The notes beneath the pieces were generated by a model. It was not told the origin of the DNA. It made no database searches and was given only the letters and a program-made list of their open reading frames with translations. A stretch of 64,000 nucleotides of DNA from Candidatus Oxydemutator sp. (GTDB lineage: Bacteria; Pseudomonadota; Gammaproteobacteria; Poriferisulfidales; Oxydemutatoraceae), in contig OZ241883.1 of NCBI GenBank assembly GCA_965203445.1, forward strand, positions 1,024,001-1,088,000, read 5' to 3'. How positions within the stretch are numbered: the stretch's first letter is position 1; each line of letters opens with the position of its first letter. Both the position numbers and the translations under genes were made by a program. Of this stretch, positions 1 through 8,959 are shown piece after piece.

Positions 1-332
1 AGGACGGACACCCCGTCGCGCTCGATTGCCTCCCGGTAGGGCGACCGCAGGGCCTTGAGTCGGTCCCATTCGGCCTGCGTATACGCCATGATGGAGGGTA
101 CGGCATATGATACCGCGGCCAAGTCGTATCCGATCTCCCGCAATGGAATCTTGAGGTGGCCGGCGCCGTCCCTGACCACGAGAAGGACGTCCAGGTCGCT
201 GTCTTCCCGGGCGTCGCCACGCGCTTTCGAGCCGTATATGACCATGCGCAAGACCGTGCCGGGGTGTCGTTCGTCGAGCACCTTCCGGTATTCGTCCAGC
301 CAAGTTTGTTCTTCGGGATGGAGCGTCAGCAT
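1..332 (-). CDS. Minimal nucleotidyltransferase (MNT) domain protein, runs off the window edge
   Basis: Not in the ORF track (no stop inside window). Manual translation from ATG 332: MLTLHPEEQTWLDEYRKVLDERHPGTVLRMVIYGSKARGDAREDSDLDVLLVV..., with the Pol-beta-type GSxARG...DSDxD motif. Confidence 0.85.
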   Translation of the reverse strand, partial: MLTLHPEEQTWLDEYRKVLDERHPGTVLRMVIYGSKARGDAREDSDLDVLLVVRDGAGHLKIPLREIGYDLAAVSYAVPSIMAYTQAEWDRLKALRSPYREAIERDGVSV

Positions 333-381
333 TGTTCTATACCTCGACATTGTAGTCTTGCGACGTGTCGTTGCTTATGCC

Positions 382-419
382 GTCGGCAATAATCAATGGA
401 AACGCCGACGAACGGTATC
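382..419. repeat. 38-bp intergenic element with stem-loop, copy 1
   Basis: gtcggcaataatcaatggaaacgccgacgaacggtatc; 34/38 identical to 16585-16622; contains GTCGGC...GCCGAC inverted repeat. Confidence 0.8.
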
Positions 420-446
420 AAGCCGTGCACCATGCGGTCGTTCGCG

Positions 447-3431
447 TCAGGCGAAAATCGCTTGGGGGGTGGCGTGCCAATAGCGGCGGTACTCCTCGGC
501 GGGTTGTTTGTCCGCATCGGGGTTGAAAAGCACGAGGTCCACGCTTACGTTCAGCGCCGGGCGGGTGCTGGTTTGGAACGTGCGGCATCGCCCGTTTTCC
601 CGGAACAGTTTTGAGTAGCCGTCTATCTTGCGATAGGCGGCGGTGTGGGCCATGCCTTTGGGGTCGACGAAAACGATCCGGTATTCGTTTCCTCTGCACA
701 TCCAGAAAACGAAGTCGGGCAGGAAACGGCGGTACGCGTTCACGGAACGGTCGTAATACGGGACGTGGACGTCGTCCAAAACCTCGTCAATTTTGCTGAA
801 CATCCAGGCGTCCCATGGCGGTTTGTTTTCTCTCAGCCAGTCTTCCAGCTGGGTGAGAAAATTCACTTCGCTTGCCGTTTTTACGACGTGGCGGATAAAG
901 TCGGCCTTGCCGCTTTTTGCGATGATAATCGGCAGGTAATAATGCTCGGCGATGTATTTGATCGTCAGCCCTTTGAAGGAAGTTTCGGATTTCCCGCTTG
1001 TCAATTCCTCGAACTTTTCCGTGGTGAGCTTGCCGGCGCCGTATTCTCCCGCCAGGCGCCGGTATTCCTCCACCGAAATCCCGCCCTTCGCCGTCCGCCT
1101 TATTTTCTCGTTCAGATCGTTGCGATCTTCATAAGACAAATGCGCCCGGATTTCGCGGAAATGCACGATGTCGTTCTCCTCGTCGAGTTCGCGCACCCCG
1201 TCGCTTGCTTTCTGATGGGAATGAAGATGGTTCACGAGGCGGCTTTGCAGAAACAGGAGGTCGGTGTAATCCCTGCCCGACTCCAGCGAAAGATTTTCCC
1301 GCCGCGCGACCAACCCGCGCAAACCGGTTATCTGCTCCGGCGGCAGATCGTCCCTGACTGCAAGCAGCGAATCGGACGTTCCCTCAAGCTGGGTCGTCAG
1401 CTTGCGCAAGGAGTTTTCGCCGACCGCGAAGTTTTCCCGGGTCGCGGCGTCGCTCGGCACTTCTTTGTACACGGGGACGAACAGCGGCATCTGGCAGCCG
1501 TGGATTGTCGGCCTTTCGGATCTTTTGAAGTTTTCCAGCTTCTCGAACGCGCCGCTTTTCTCCGGCGTCAGGCCCTCCAGGACATGGGAAACCGCGCTTC
1601 GGTTGGTGGCGAACAGTGCAAGGGTTTCCACTGGCGCGACCAGGTTTTGCAACGGCTGGAGTGCCCGTCGTTTCTCTTTGCTCAGGGACGACGCCCGCAG
1701 CAATTCGGCGAGGCGTTGCCGGTGGTTTTGCAGCGGTTCGATCCGGACGCCGCGCCCGACCGACTGCACGACAAACTTCTTTGCGTCGCTGCCGCCGATG
1801 TTGATGAAGTTGATCACGTTGGGGCGGTTGGAGTCCCAGCTTTCAAAGAACGAGCGCGAACCCATCAGTATCGTGATCGGACTTTTCTCCAGTGCGTCGA
1901 AGAACGATTTTTCGCGCAACGCCGTGACTTCCTCGAAGTCCGCCAGGAGCATATTGCGCCATTTGGACGTGTTGCCGATGCGGATCAGCGCAAAAGGGGC
2001 GTCGGCGTTTTTCATCTGAAAAGCCAGCTCCTTGTCGTCCTTGCTGCGTATGAATTGCAGAGCGCCCCGCCTGCGGCTTGAAAATACCGCCTCGCGCAAG
2101 TCGGTTATTTTCATGTTCTTGAGCAATGCCGTATCGGTTTCGGCAACGCCGTCGCCACCCCCAAAAAACAGCCGCCCCCGCATCCAATCGCGTGCCAGCT
2201 CATCCCTGCTCGCCCGGAACAGTTTCTCGTCCACTTCGCCGGAGGCGATTTTGCGCAACGTCGAGAAAAACGCCCACAAGTCGTTGCCTTCGTTCTGAAC
2301 GTCGGTGTTGACCGAGTTGACCAGAGTCAGCATCAGCGGCAGGTGGTAGAGGTCGTCGCTTGCGGCCTTCGCGCGCAATTCGAGGGCGCGCATTTTTGCG
2401 CAGGCCAGCGTGAGCAGCGATTTCAGCACGATTTTTGTTTTTTCGCGCCCGCTGATTTCCTCGCCGCGTTCCTTGAAGGCGCTGTATTCGACTTCGTTCA
2501 GGTGGATGTTTTTGCCGTGCCCGTTTTTGATGAACTCTTCCAGGTTGTATTTCTTGACGGTGGTGGCGATGTCTTGCGGGTCGGTGAAGGTCGCCGAGAA
2601 GTTGAACAGAAACCCGGCGCGCGCCATCAGCGCATAATACGCCTGCCGCCTGGAACCCTCCTTGCCGCCCTTGTGCGCCTCGTCGAGCAGCACGTACCAT
2701 CTGCCGTCGTTTTCGTATCGGCGGTAGTCGGTGAGCGCCTCTTTCTGCACGTCGGAGATATTGTCGCTGCGGTGGTAATAGACCGTTTCCACGTCGCCCA
2801 AGCGCCCCTGGCGACGCTCGCCGTCGCGCAGCGGCACGAAGTCCACGTGCAGTCCGGTGCTCGCGTTGAACTCCTCTATCGTGCGGCGTATCTGCCCGAT
2901 CAGGTGGTTGCTCGGCGCGAGCACGAGGATATTGTGGGGCGGGATCTGCCGGTGCCGTTTCAGCCGGTGCAGGTATTCGATGATCTTGACCATCACTAAA
3001 GTCTTGCCGCTGCCGGTCGCCATCCAGAAACACATGCGGTTGATGAGATGGTGATACGGGATGACGTCGCCCTGCGGCGTTATGTATTCGGCGAGGATTT
3101 TGAAGATGGGGTTTTGTCTCCGGTTTCTCCGGTCGGCGTTGCCGTCGTAGCGGTGTATCGCAAACTCGGCCGTCTGATTCGCGTAGTAGCGGTCGGCGAA
3201 GTTTTGTTTGCGCCGGCTATCTGCTTGGGTGGGTTCGGCGGGTTGCCAAGCGTGCTCCTCGCCGTAGTAGAGATACAGCGCCCGCGCCGCGTTTTTCAGC
3301 GCGTCGGTCTGGTAATCGTAGAGCGATTTTTGTGCCGAGAAACGCCCGCTCTCCGGCACCTGCCAGGTTTCGGGCAGGTCGTCGTAGGGCAGGGACCGGG
3401 CGGTGGATTCGAGGATGGGCGGTGTGCTCAT
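447..3431 (-). CDS. res: Type III restriction-modification system restriction (Res) subunit
   Basis: 994 aa; SF2 helicase motifs MATGSGKT, LDEAHK, FSAT, QSVGRGVR; C-terminal PD-(D/E)xK motif FLPDF...FVDPKG; co-oriented with the type III mod gene. Confidence 0.9.
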   Translation of the reverse strand: MSTPPILESTARSLPYDDLPETWQVPESGRFSAQKSLYDYQTDALKNAARALYLYYGEEHAWQPAEPTQADSRRKQNFADRYYANQTAEFAIHRYDGNADRRNRRQNPIFKILAEYITPQGDVIPYHHLINRMCFWMATGSGKTLVMVKIIEYLHRLKRHRQIPPHNILVLAPSNHLIGQIRRTIEEFNASTGLHVDFVPLRDGERRQGRLGDVETVYYHRSDNISDVQKEALTDYRRYENDGRWYVLLDEAHKGGKEGSRRQAYYALMARAGFLFNFSATFTDPQDIATTVKKYNLEEFIKNGHGKNIHLNEVEYSAFKERGEEISGREKTKIVLKSLLTLACAKMRALELRAKAASDDLYHLPLMLTLVNSVNTDVQNEGNDLWAFFSTLRKIASGEVDEKLFRASRDELARDWMRGRLFFGGGDGVAETDTALLKNMKITDLREAVFSSRRRGALQFIRSKDDKELAFQMKNADAPFALIRIGNTSKWRNMLLADFEEVTALREKSFFDALEKSPITILMGSRSFFESWDSNRPNVINFINIGGSDAKKFVVQSVGRGVRIEPLQNHRQRLAELLRASSLSKEKRRALQPLQNLVAPVETLALFATNRSAVSHVLEGLTPEKSGAFEKLENFKRSERPTIHGCQMPLFVPVYKEVPSDAATRENFAVGENSLRKLTTQLEGTSDSLLAVRDDLPPEQITGLRGLVARRENLSLESGRDYTDLLFLQSRLVNHLHSHQKASDGVRELDEENDIVHFREIRAHLSYEDRNDLNEKIRRTAKGGISVEEYRRLAGEYGAGKLTTEKFEELTSGKSETSFKGLTIKYIAEHYYLPIIIAKSGKADFIRHVVKTASEVNFLTQLEDWLRENKPPWDAWMFSKIDEVLDDVHVPYYDRSVNAYRRFLPDFVFWMCRGNEYRIVFVDPKGMAHTAAYRKIDGYSKLFRENGRCRTFQTSTRPALNVSVDLVLFNPDADKQPAEEYRRYWHATPQAIFA

Positions 3432-3511
3432 GGTGTCGGTTTGGAATGCAACCGGGATGGCGTCGGGATCGCGGCGTCGGATTCTTCCCGGCAGTTTTCG
3501 ATGGTTTTCAT
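3428..3511 (-). other. 27-codon linker mini-ORF, probably a gene remnant
   Basis: MKTIENCREESDAAIPTPSRLHSKPTP*; ATGA overlap with the ParA-like stop upstream and with the res start downstream. Confidence 0.4.
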
Positions 3512-4497
3512 GGGTTTTCGTTCAGTCGCTCGATGATTGTATTCGCCAGGTTTCTGAAATCTTCGTGGCAACTCGCCGCGGCCCTTTGATAGGCGCCTAT
3601 GACGCCGTCGGCGGGCTTCAACCGGAACATCGGCTTGTTCGCCTCCTGCGCCATCGGCATCAGCGCGCTGTAGTCCTTCAAATGCGCCAGAAGATTGCGG
3701 TCGTCGGCGTCCTCGCCGGAAGGTGCGCCCGCCTCTCCGATGACACACCTGGCGTACTCCCCCGGCATCTTTCCAATCCAATGCTCGAACGCCATGGCGG
3801 GTCGGTCCAGTCTGATTGTACGATGCATGACAATGTAGCCGAGCGGTGCCATTCTGCCCGCCGGCAGCTCGATGTCCAACTCCGGCGGCTTCTGCCCGAT
3901 GCGCTTGCGCCAATCATCCCGCCATTTTCTCAAGGTAGGCCCGACGTTGCGCAACCCCTGCAAGGAAAATAAATCCGGGGCCAGCGGCATCACCACGTGA
4001 TCGCTGGCGATCAGGGCGGTTCGGTTGATCGCTCCCAGATTCGGGCCGACGTCCACCAACGCCAGATCCGCCTCGAATTGTTCCCCGGCGCGCGCGATCA
4101 GTCGTGCGAAAGCAGTCGTAACGCGAAAGGCGCGCGCGTCGCCGTCCAGACATGCAGGCCACTGTGTGGAGAGTTCCTCTTCCCGTTTGGAGAGGGCCAA
4201 GTCGCCCACCAATAGTCCGATGCGCTCGCTGACCTTCTCTACGTGGGGGGATTCGACAATGTCCCCGGTGCCCTCGAACAAGGGGGAGATACTTCCCTCG
4301 ATGGTTTTCCTGCCGTCGCCTCCCCATGTTTCTTCGGGTTTCTTCTCGCCTGAAAATGCCTCGCTCAGGCTGGCCTGGGGGTCCAGGTCCGCGCTTAAGA
4401 CACGGTGCCCAAGCTCATCCAGCATCCAGGCCAGATGATAGACAAGCGAAGTCGTGCCGACGCCGCCCTTGTTGTTAAAAAAAGCGATGGTCTTCAC
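3508..4497 (-). CDS. ParA/MinD-family ATPase with altered Walker A
   Basis: GTG start at 4497 overlaps the upstream TGA; MKTIAFFNNKGGVGTTSL, ADLDPQAS, LVDVGPNLG motifs. Confidence 0.85.
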   Translation of the reverse strand: MKTIAFFNNKGGVGTTSLVYHLAWMLDELGHRVLSADLDPQASLSEAFSGEKKPEETWGGDGRKTIEGSISPLFEGTGDIVESPHVEKVSERIGLLVGDLALSKREEELSTQWPACLDGDARAFRVTTAFARLIARAGEQFEADLALVDVGPNLGAINRTALIASDHVVMPLAPDLFSLQGLRNVGPTLRKWRDDWRKRIGQKPPELDIELPAGRMAPLGYIVMHRTIRLDRPAMAFEHWIGKMPGEYARCVIGEAGAPSGEDADDRNLLAHLKDYSALMPMAQEANKPMFRLKPADGVIGAYQRAAASCHEDFRNLANTIIERLNENP

Positions 4498-5684
4498 GGT
4501 CGCCTCCCGATGGTGGCGAAGACGAACGTGTCTCCGACGGCGAAGTCGGGCGGCGGATTGCCGTTTTCCGCAAGTGCCCGACGCGCCGTCGGGATGCCCC
4601 TCCCGAAGCGCTCCATAAAGCCCTGGCTTTTCATGGCCTCGGCGATGGATGGATTGCGGTAACTGGTGACGTCTGGCTTTCCGAAATTCTGTTTTGTCAC
4701 CTCTCCGTACACGCTGCCCGGGCTGCTGATTTGTACGCGGTCGTTGAACCACGTGATCCGCACGGGCGTGTTCGAGTTCTGATAATTCCGGTGGATGACC
4801 GCGTTGCGGACGAGTTCGCGCAGCGCTTCCAGCGGATAGTCCGGTTTCTCGATGTTCCTGTCCTCTCGCGTGTCCAGTACAGTAGAAACTTGCAGTTTCA
4901 GCAGTTGATCCACCTCGCGCAGCTGATCCGGAAGCGCACCTTTCAGTTCGGACTGATCCACAATGGGGGAAGGGATCTCCTCGCCGTCGTAGCGAACGAA
5001 CTGGATGTAGGCACCGGGGAACCAGATGCGCGGATTTTTGCCGAGCATGAGAATCGCCGTGACGGTCGGCGTGCCGTCTCGCGTGACAAGACGCAACGCC
5101 TTCATCTGCTCGCGTTCATCGCGCTCGTTCTGCGCCAACACCTCGGGGGAAACCGTGGCGGGGAGATACTCGTTCCTGAACCTCTGCACGTCCAAGTCGT
5201 CTTCGACGGTGGCGCCGGCAACGCCTTGCATGTCGTAGGGAACGTTCCCCCAGCGTCTCTTTTCGGTGAGACGGCGCTCCTCCTCAGGGTTGGCCTGGGC
5301 GCGGCGCGGGCCGGTGCGAATCCAGCAACGGCCATCCATTTTTACCGGCGGATTGTCCGACGGTGCCACCTGGATTACCGCAACGTCGCAACCGCCCAAG
5401 TTTCTTTTGGCAACCTCCATAACGGGGAAAGGAAGTATCTTGCCGTCGCCCCGAAGCCCGCCGAGTTTTTGCAGCAGCTCATCATCAACGACCACGTCGG
5501 CACAACGCCCGTCATCTTCCAACCCGACAAAGAGAATGCCCGGCTTCTCGTGGCGCGGCAAGTCGTTGGCGAACGCGCAAATCGCCTTCCGCAGCTTGTC
5601 CAGATCTTTCACCGCACCCGTGAACTCCACACGGTCGCTTTCGCCGCCTTCGATCAGGCGTATAAGTTCTTCATCGTTCAGCAT
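4494..5684 (-). CDS. AlbA_2 (Schlafen-like) plus HATPase_c_4 ATP-binding protein
   Basis: N-terminal GESDRVEF...ICAFAN...GILFVG; C-terminal YPLEALRELVRNAVIHRNY, ISSPG, RNPSIA, ERFGRGI. Confidence 0.85.
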   Translation of the reverse strand: MLNDEELIRLIEGGESDRVEFTGAVKDLDKLRKAICAFANDLPRHEKPGILFVGLEDDGRCADVVVDDELLQKLGGLRGDGKILPFPVMEVAKRNLGGCDVAVIQVAPSDNPPVKMDGRCWIRTGPRRAQANPEEERRLTEKRRWGNVPYDMQGVAGATVEDDLDVQRFRNEYLPATVSPEVLAQNERDEREQMKALRLVTRDGTPTVTAILMLGKNPRIWFPGAYIQFVRYDGEEIPSPIVDQSELKGALPDQLREVDQLLKLQVSTVLDTREDRNIEKPDYPLEALRELVRNAVIHRNYQNSNTPVRITWFNDRVQISSPGSVYGEVTKQNFGKPDVTSYRNPSIAEAMKSQGFMERFGRGIPTARRALAENGNPPPDFAVGDTFVFATIGRRP

Positions 5685-5739
5685 GGTGTTTGCGTGCCGT
5701 GTTGTCTTACCGGTTTGGTTATTTTCGCAGGATCACCCG

Positions 5740-5936
5740 CTAAAATCTCCAGTTTTCCGCCTGCATGAATCCTACAAGATTTACACATTGGATATTATAG
5801 TTCCTGCAACTGAAACGATTCGTTGTTCATATACAAGCGCGTCGAAGTTTTTCCACAGAGTCGGGAATACATCCCTATCGTAAATTCCGTCCCGAAATAA
5901 TGTGATAAAAGCACTTGTGTCGAAAATATATCTCAT
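5740..5936 (-). pseudogene. DUF4411 (PIN-like) gene with large internal deletion
   Basis: From ATG 5936: MRYIFDTSAFITLFRDGIYDRDVFPTLWKNFDAL..., then after a junction near 5805 a different frame reads CRNYNIQCVNLVGFMQAENWRF*. These resemble the two ends of DUF4411, the usual downstream partner of HTH-ImmA/IrrE genes. Confidence 0.7.
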
Positions 5937-5941
5937 CCGCG

Positions 5942-7120
5942 CTATGCAAATTGCTTGTTCACGAGATACTCCTCGAGCTTCTCGACGTTCTTTATTTTCA
6001 TATTCAATATGTCGGCCGTCTCATATTCACCAATTTTGTTCTGATACCGGGCTTGCAGCACGTTGTGCAAAAATGCTTTTCCCCAGTAGGACAGCTGGTT
6101 CGAGTAATAATCCCCGCCACCTTCTTTGGGGTAGCCACCGCCCGCTTCCGAACGACTTGCCATCAAGGATTCTTTCATATCTGTATAAACGCCGTAAGGA
6201 ATTAAATCGGCTGACATACATCTCACCAGGAACATCGAGGAACTGACTTTGTAGCACTTTGCCTGGTGGGTGTAAAAATCTTTATCGCTGATATTGCCCC
6301 TGGCTATCTGTTTTCTCAGATCATCCTCCGGCACAAGCACGGCACCGGCAATATAGTCAATGTCATGCTCATCCCCTTGTCGGGAAATTTCCAGTCCGTC
6401 CTTGGCCAGAGTCACGCTGCTCTCTCCACGCAACAGGTGAACCCATTCGTGCATCATGGTGAAAATTTGCCGGCCTTTGGCCTCTTTGCTATCGAGGCAG
6501 ATAACGGGAAACTCCTCATCGTAGAGACAAAATCCGGATATATGCTCCGACTGGAATGGCCAGCGAAAGACAAAAATTCCCTGCCCCTCTATCGCATCTC
6601 TCCAGGCCCAAAGCGCGTCCATGTAGGTGTTCCACTCTTGCTGCTCCTCTAAAGAGACGTTCAGAAATTTTTCACTTCGCAATTCCGAGACCAGGGATTC
6701 AATGTCTCCGTTCACGGGCAAGTTCAGATTTGTGTGCAGCGGATGCGATACAGGGTTAATCCCGTCATTGATTTCCTTCAATGCCATTTGCGTGGCCTGC
6801 ACCCGGTGGATGACGTTCAGGGTTTCAGGCGGGATCGAATCCAGGTCGAACCCGGGAACGCTTCTCAGTGAGGCGGCCGCGTCTTCAATTTCCGGCGGCT
6901 CCGGGAAGAAAAACACCGCAATCGGCACCTTGTAGCAATCTGCCAATTTCTCCAGCTGCGGGTAGGTCGGTGCTTTTCTGCCCGTCTCCCAATCGGTAAG
7001 AATCTCTTCAGACTTGATATGCAGCTTCCTGACAACGGCGACAGGGTCGTAGTTCATGCGCTCCCTGGCCCATTGCAAGACGGAAGGATTGATATTTTGT
7101 ACTGAGGCCCTTGCCATCAT
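5942..7120 (-). CDS. XRE-family HTH plus ImmA/IrrE-family metallopeptidase
   Basis: N-terminal HTH (LQWARER...WETGRKAPTYPQLEKLA); zinc-peptidase motif FTMMHEWVH. Confidence 0.9.
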   Translation of the reverse strand: MMARASVQNINPSVLQWARERMNYDPVAVVRKLHIKSEEILTDWETGRKAPTYPQLEKLADCYKVPIAVFFFPEPPEIEDAAASLRSVPGFDLDSIPPETLNVIHRVQATQMALKEINDGINPVSHPLHTNLNLPVNGDIESLVSELRSEKFLNVSLEEQQEWNTYMDALWAWRDAIEGQGIFVFRWPFQSEHISGFCLYDEEFPVICLDSKEAKGRQIFTMMHEWVHLLRGESSVTLAKDGLEISRQGDEHDIDYIAGAVLVPEDDLRKQIARGNISDKDFYTHQAKCYKVSSSMFLVRCMSADLIPYGVYTDMKESLMASRSEAGGGYPKEGGGDYYSNQLSYWGKAFLHNVLQARYQNKIGEYETADILNMKIKNVEKLEEYLVNKQFA

Positions 7121-7174
7121 TTTGCGGTACTCACCGTACCGTTCGCCTTTCGCAGGACTGTTCCCACGTTAGTG

Positions 7175-7354
7175 CTATCGCTTGAGATCAGGCATGGTTA
7201 TGGGAGACACATATTCCTGCTTTTTCAGCAGTCCCCTGGCCCTGAGGTCGTCAATTTTCTTTTGCACGCGCCGAAGCTTTTCAGCACGACCCGGGGCAAT
7301 GGAGGCCTTAGCCATATCTATGGCCTTCTGGTACTTATTTTTCATAGTATTCAT
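7175..7354 (-). CDS. Small basic hypothetical protein (about 59 aa)
   Basis: MNTMKNKYQKAIDMAKASIAPGRAEKLRRVQKKIDDLRARGLL...; co-oriented with neighbours; no recognised motif. Confidence 0.45.
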   Translation of the reverse strand: MNTMKNKYQKAIDMAKASIAPGRAEKLRRVQKKIDDLRARGLLKKQEYVSPITMPDLKR

Positions 7355-7551
7355 TCTTCTCGCAGTAATTCTACAAATTTCCGAAAGACTTTTTGCTCTG
7401 CTGTCGGTCGTCTTTGATGGATAATCTGTGCGATTGTCCTGGCCAAGTATACATGACCCTATGCTTCCGATAAGCCACCACGGTTCAGGCATTCCGGCGA
7501 GCTATCCTGGTGTAAGGGCTTAGGCCATGGCTTATAGGGGGGTAGTTCCCT

Positions 7552-8055
7552 TCAGTTCTTTTCTCTTATTCGGATTGCTTCTTCTACTGCATTAGACAAA
7601 TGTTTAGAAATCCAAGCATAAATTTCTTTGCTGTTACTGCCCTGAGGGTTATAGCAATTGGCTATTGAGGATAATTTCCTCCCGCTTCCTCCATATTTTA
7701 TGTAATCAAGAGGGTTATCTCCTTGAAAGGATGTATATCCCGTTCGATCTTCCAGGCCGTGGATATGAATGCCAACAACGCCCATATTATCGTTCCACGC
7801 CTTAATTATTTCATAGTTTATCCATTTTCTGTTTGCGGTGTTGCTCCCGACAAGAACCACAGCGCATGACCTATAGTTCATCTGTTTGTTTATCCATCGC
7901 TTAATTGCTTCATTACCTCCTCCTTTAATCGTCTCCCAATCATTGTCAGAAACAGGATTATTGCCTTCAATCACACCTATATTGCGAACCTGCGATGCAC
8001 GCCAGCTATCCGGCTGATAGTGGAAGCTGTAAAACACTTGTCTTTTTGTTGCCAT
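7552..8055 (-). CDS. TIR domain protein, Thoeris ThsB/DUF1863-like
   Basis: RQVFYSFHY...WRASQVRNIG...VVLVG...KWINYEI; putative catalytic Glu retained. Confidence 0.9.
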   Translation of the reverse strand: MATKRQVFYSFHYQPDSWRASQVRNIGVIEGNNPVSDNDWETIKGGGNEAIKRWINKQMNYRSCAVVLVGSNTANRKWINYEIIKAWNDNMGVVGIHIHGLEDRTGYTSFQGDNPLDYIKYGGSGRKLSSIANCYNPQGSNSKEIYAWISKHLSNAVEEAIRIREKN

Positions 8056-8066
8056 GTTCAGTCTCC

Positions 8067-8507
8067 TTATCTTCCTGCTTGTCGAGCAGCTTTTTCTATC
8101 CAGTCGCCCATGTTCTTGTAGCCATCATCTTTATTCCATAAGTAGAATGGATAGCCTTGGGGTATTTTGTCACATCGTTGGCTAGTATTCCTATCAAGAT
8201 CCTTGATTTTGCTTATGTCTATGCCCAAAAGTCCGTTGCCAATTTGGCGGCTTTTTTCAATTTCATATTTTACCCAACGACTATTGCAAGTATTTTGTCC
8301 GACCAAGACAACTGTTACAGAAGTGCCTATTAGTTGGTTATCAATCCAGTACTGGATTGCTCTATCGCCTTGTCTTTTAATTTCTTCAAAATCCGCTGCA
8401 TCTATAAAACCCGCGGCTTCTTTGCCTTGGGCAACCCAACTGTTTCTGACAACCATTGCCCTTGAAACATCATCTTTATACTTAAAACTGAAAAAGACTT
8501 TTCTCAT
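8067..8507 (-). CDS. TIR domain protein, Thoeris ThsB/DUF1863-like
   Basis: RKVFFSFKY...SRAMVVRNSW...GTSVTVVLVG...RWVKYEI...GNGLLGIDI. Confidence 0.9.
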   Translation of the reverse strand: MRKVFFSFKYKDDVSRAMVVRNSWVAQGKEAAGFIDAADFEEIKRQGDRAIQYWIDNQLIGTSVTVVLVGQNTCNSRWVKYEIEKSRQIGNGLLGIDISKIKDLDRNTSQRCDKIPQGYPFYLWNKDDGYKNMGDWIEKAARQAGR

Positions 8508-8526
8508 TATTCAATTCCTCCGAATT

Positions 8527-8937
8527 TTATTTGAGAATAAAAAACACTCCGAATACAAACAGAACTTCAATTCCATAGAATAGATTCAGCGTTACGGAGA
8601 ACATAGAAGCTATCCAGTTGCACTTCGGTTTGTTTTTATGTTTCATGACATTCATTGCAAAATCTGTAGTTTCTTGCTTTCTCATGTCATCATAAACTTT
8701 ACGAAACAATCGCTCTTGCCATAGAAAATAACCGTCTAAAATCCAGAAACCAGCTACAGGAACAAGAAATGTCAATATGATCCACTCTGACAGAGTCCCA
8801 CTCCGTACAATAAGAACTATTCCGGCGGCTAAAATAGTCATGCTCCAGCCTTTTATCAGAAAGGAGTCATGTCCCAAGCGATTGATAACGCCTTGTATCA
8901 TCTCCAAATGTTTTATTACTTGTTCTTTGCCGTTCAT
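8527..8937 (-). CDS. Small membrane protein with three predicted TM helices
   Basis: 136 aa; KHLEMIQGVINRL followed by three hydrophobic segments and FWILDGYFLWQER; lies between TIR genes. Confidence 0.75.
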   Translation of the reverse strand: MNGKEQVIKHLEMIQGVINRLGHDSFLIKGWSMTILAAGIVLIVRSGTLSEWIILTFLVPVAGFWILDGYFLWQERLFRKVYDDMRKQETTDFAMNVMKHKNKPKCNWIASMFSVTLNLFYGIEVLFVFGVFFILK

Positions 8938-8959
8938 TTGAGACCTCTACCGTACATGG

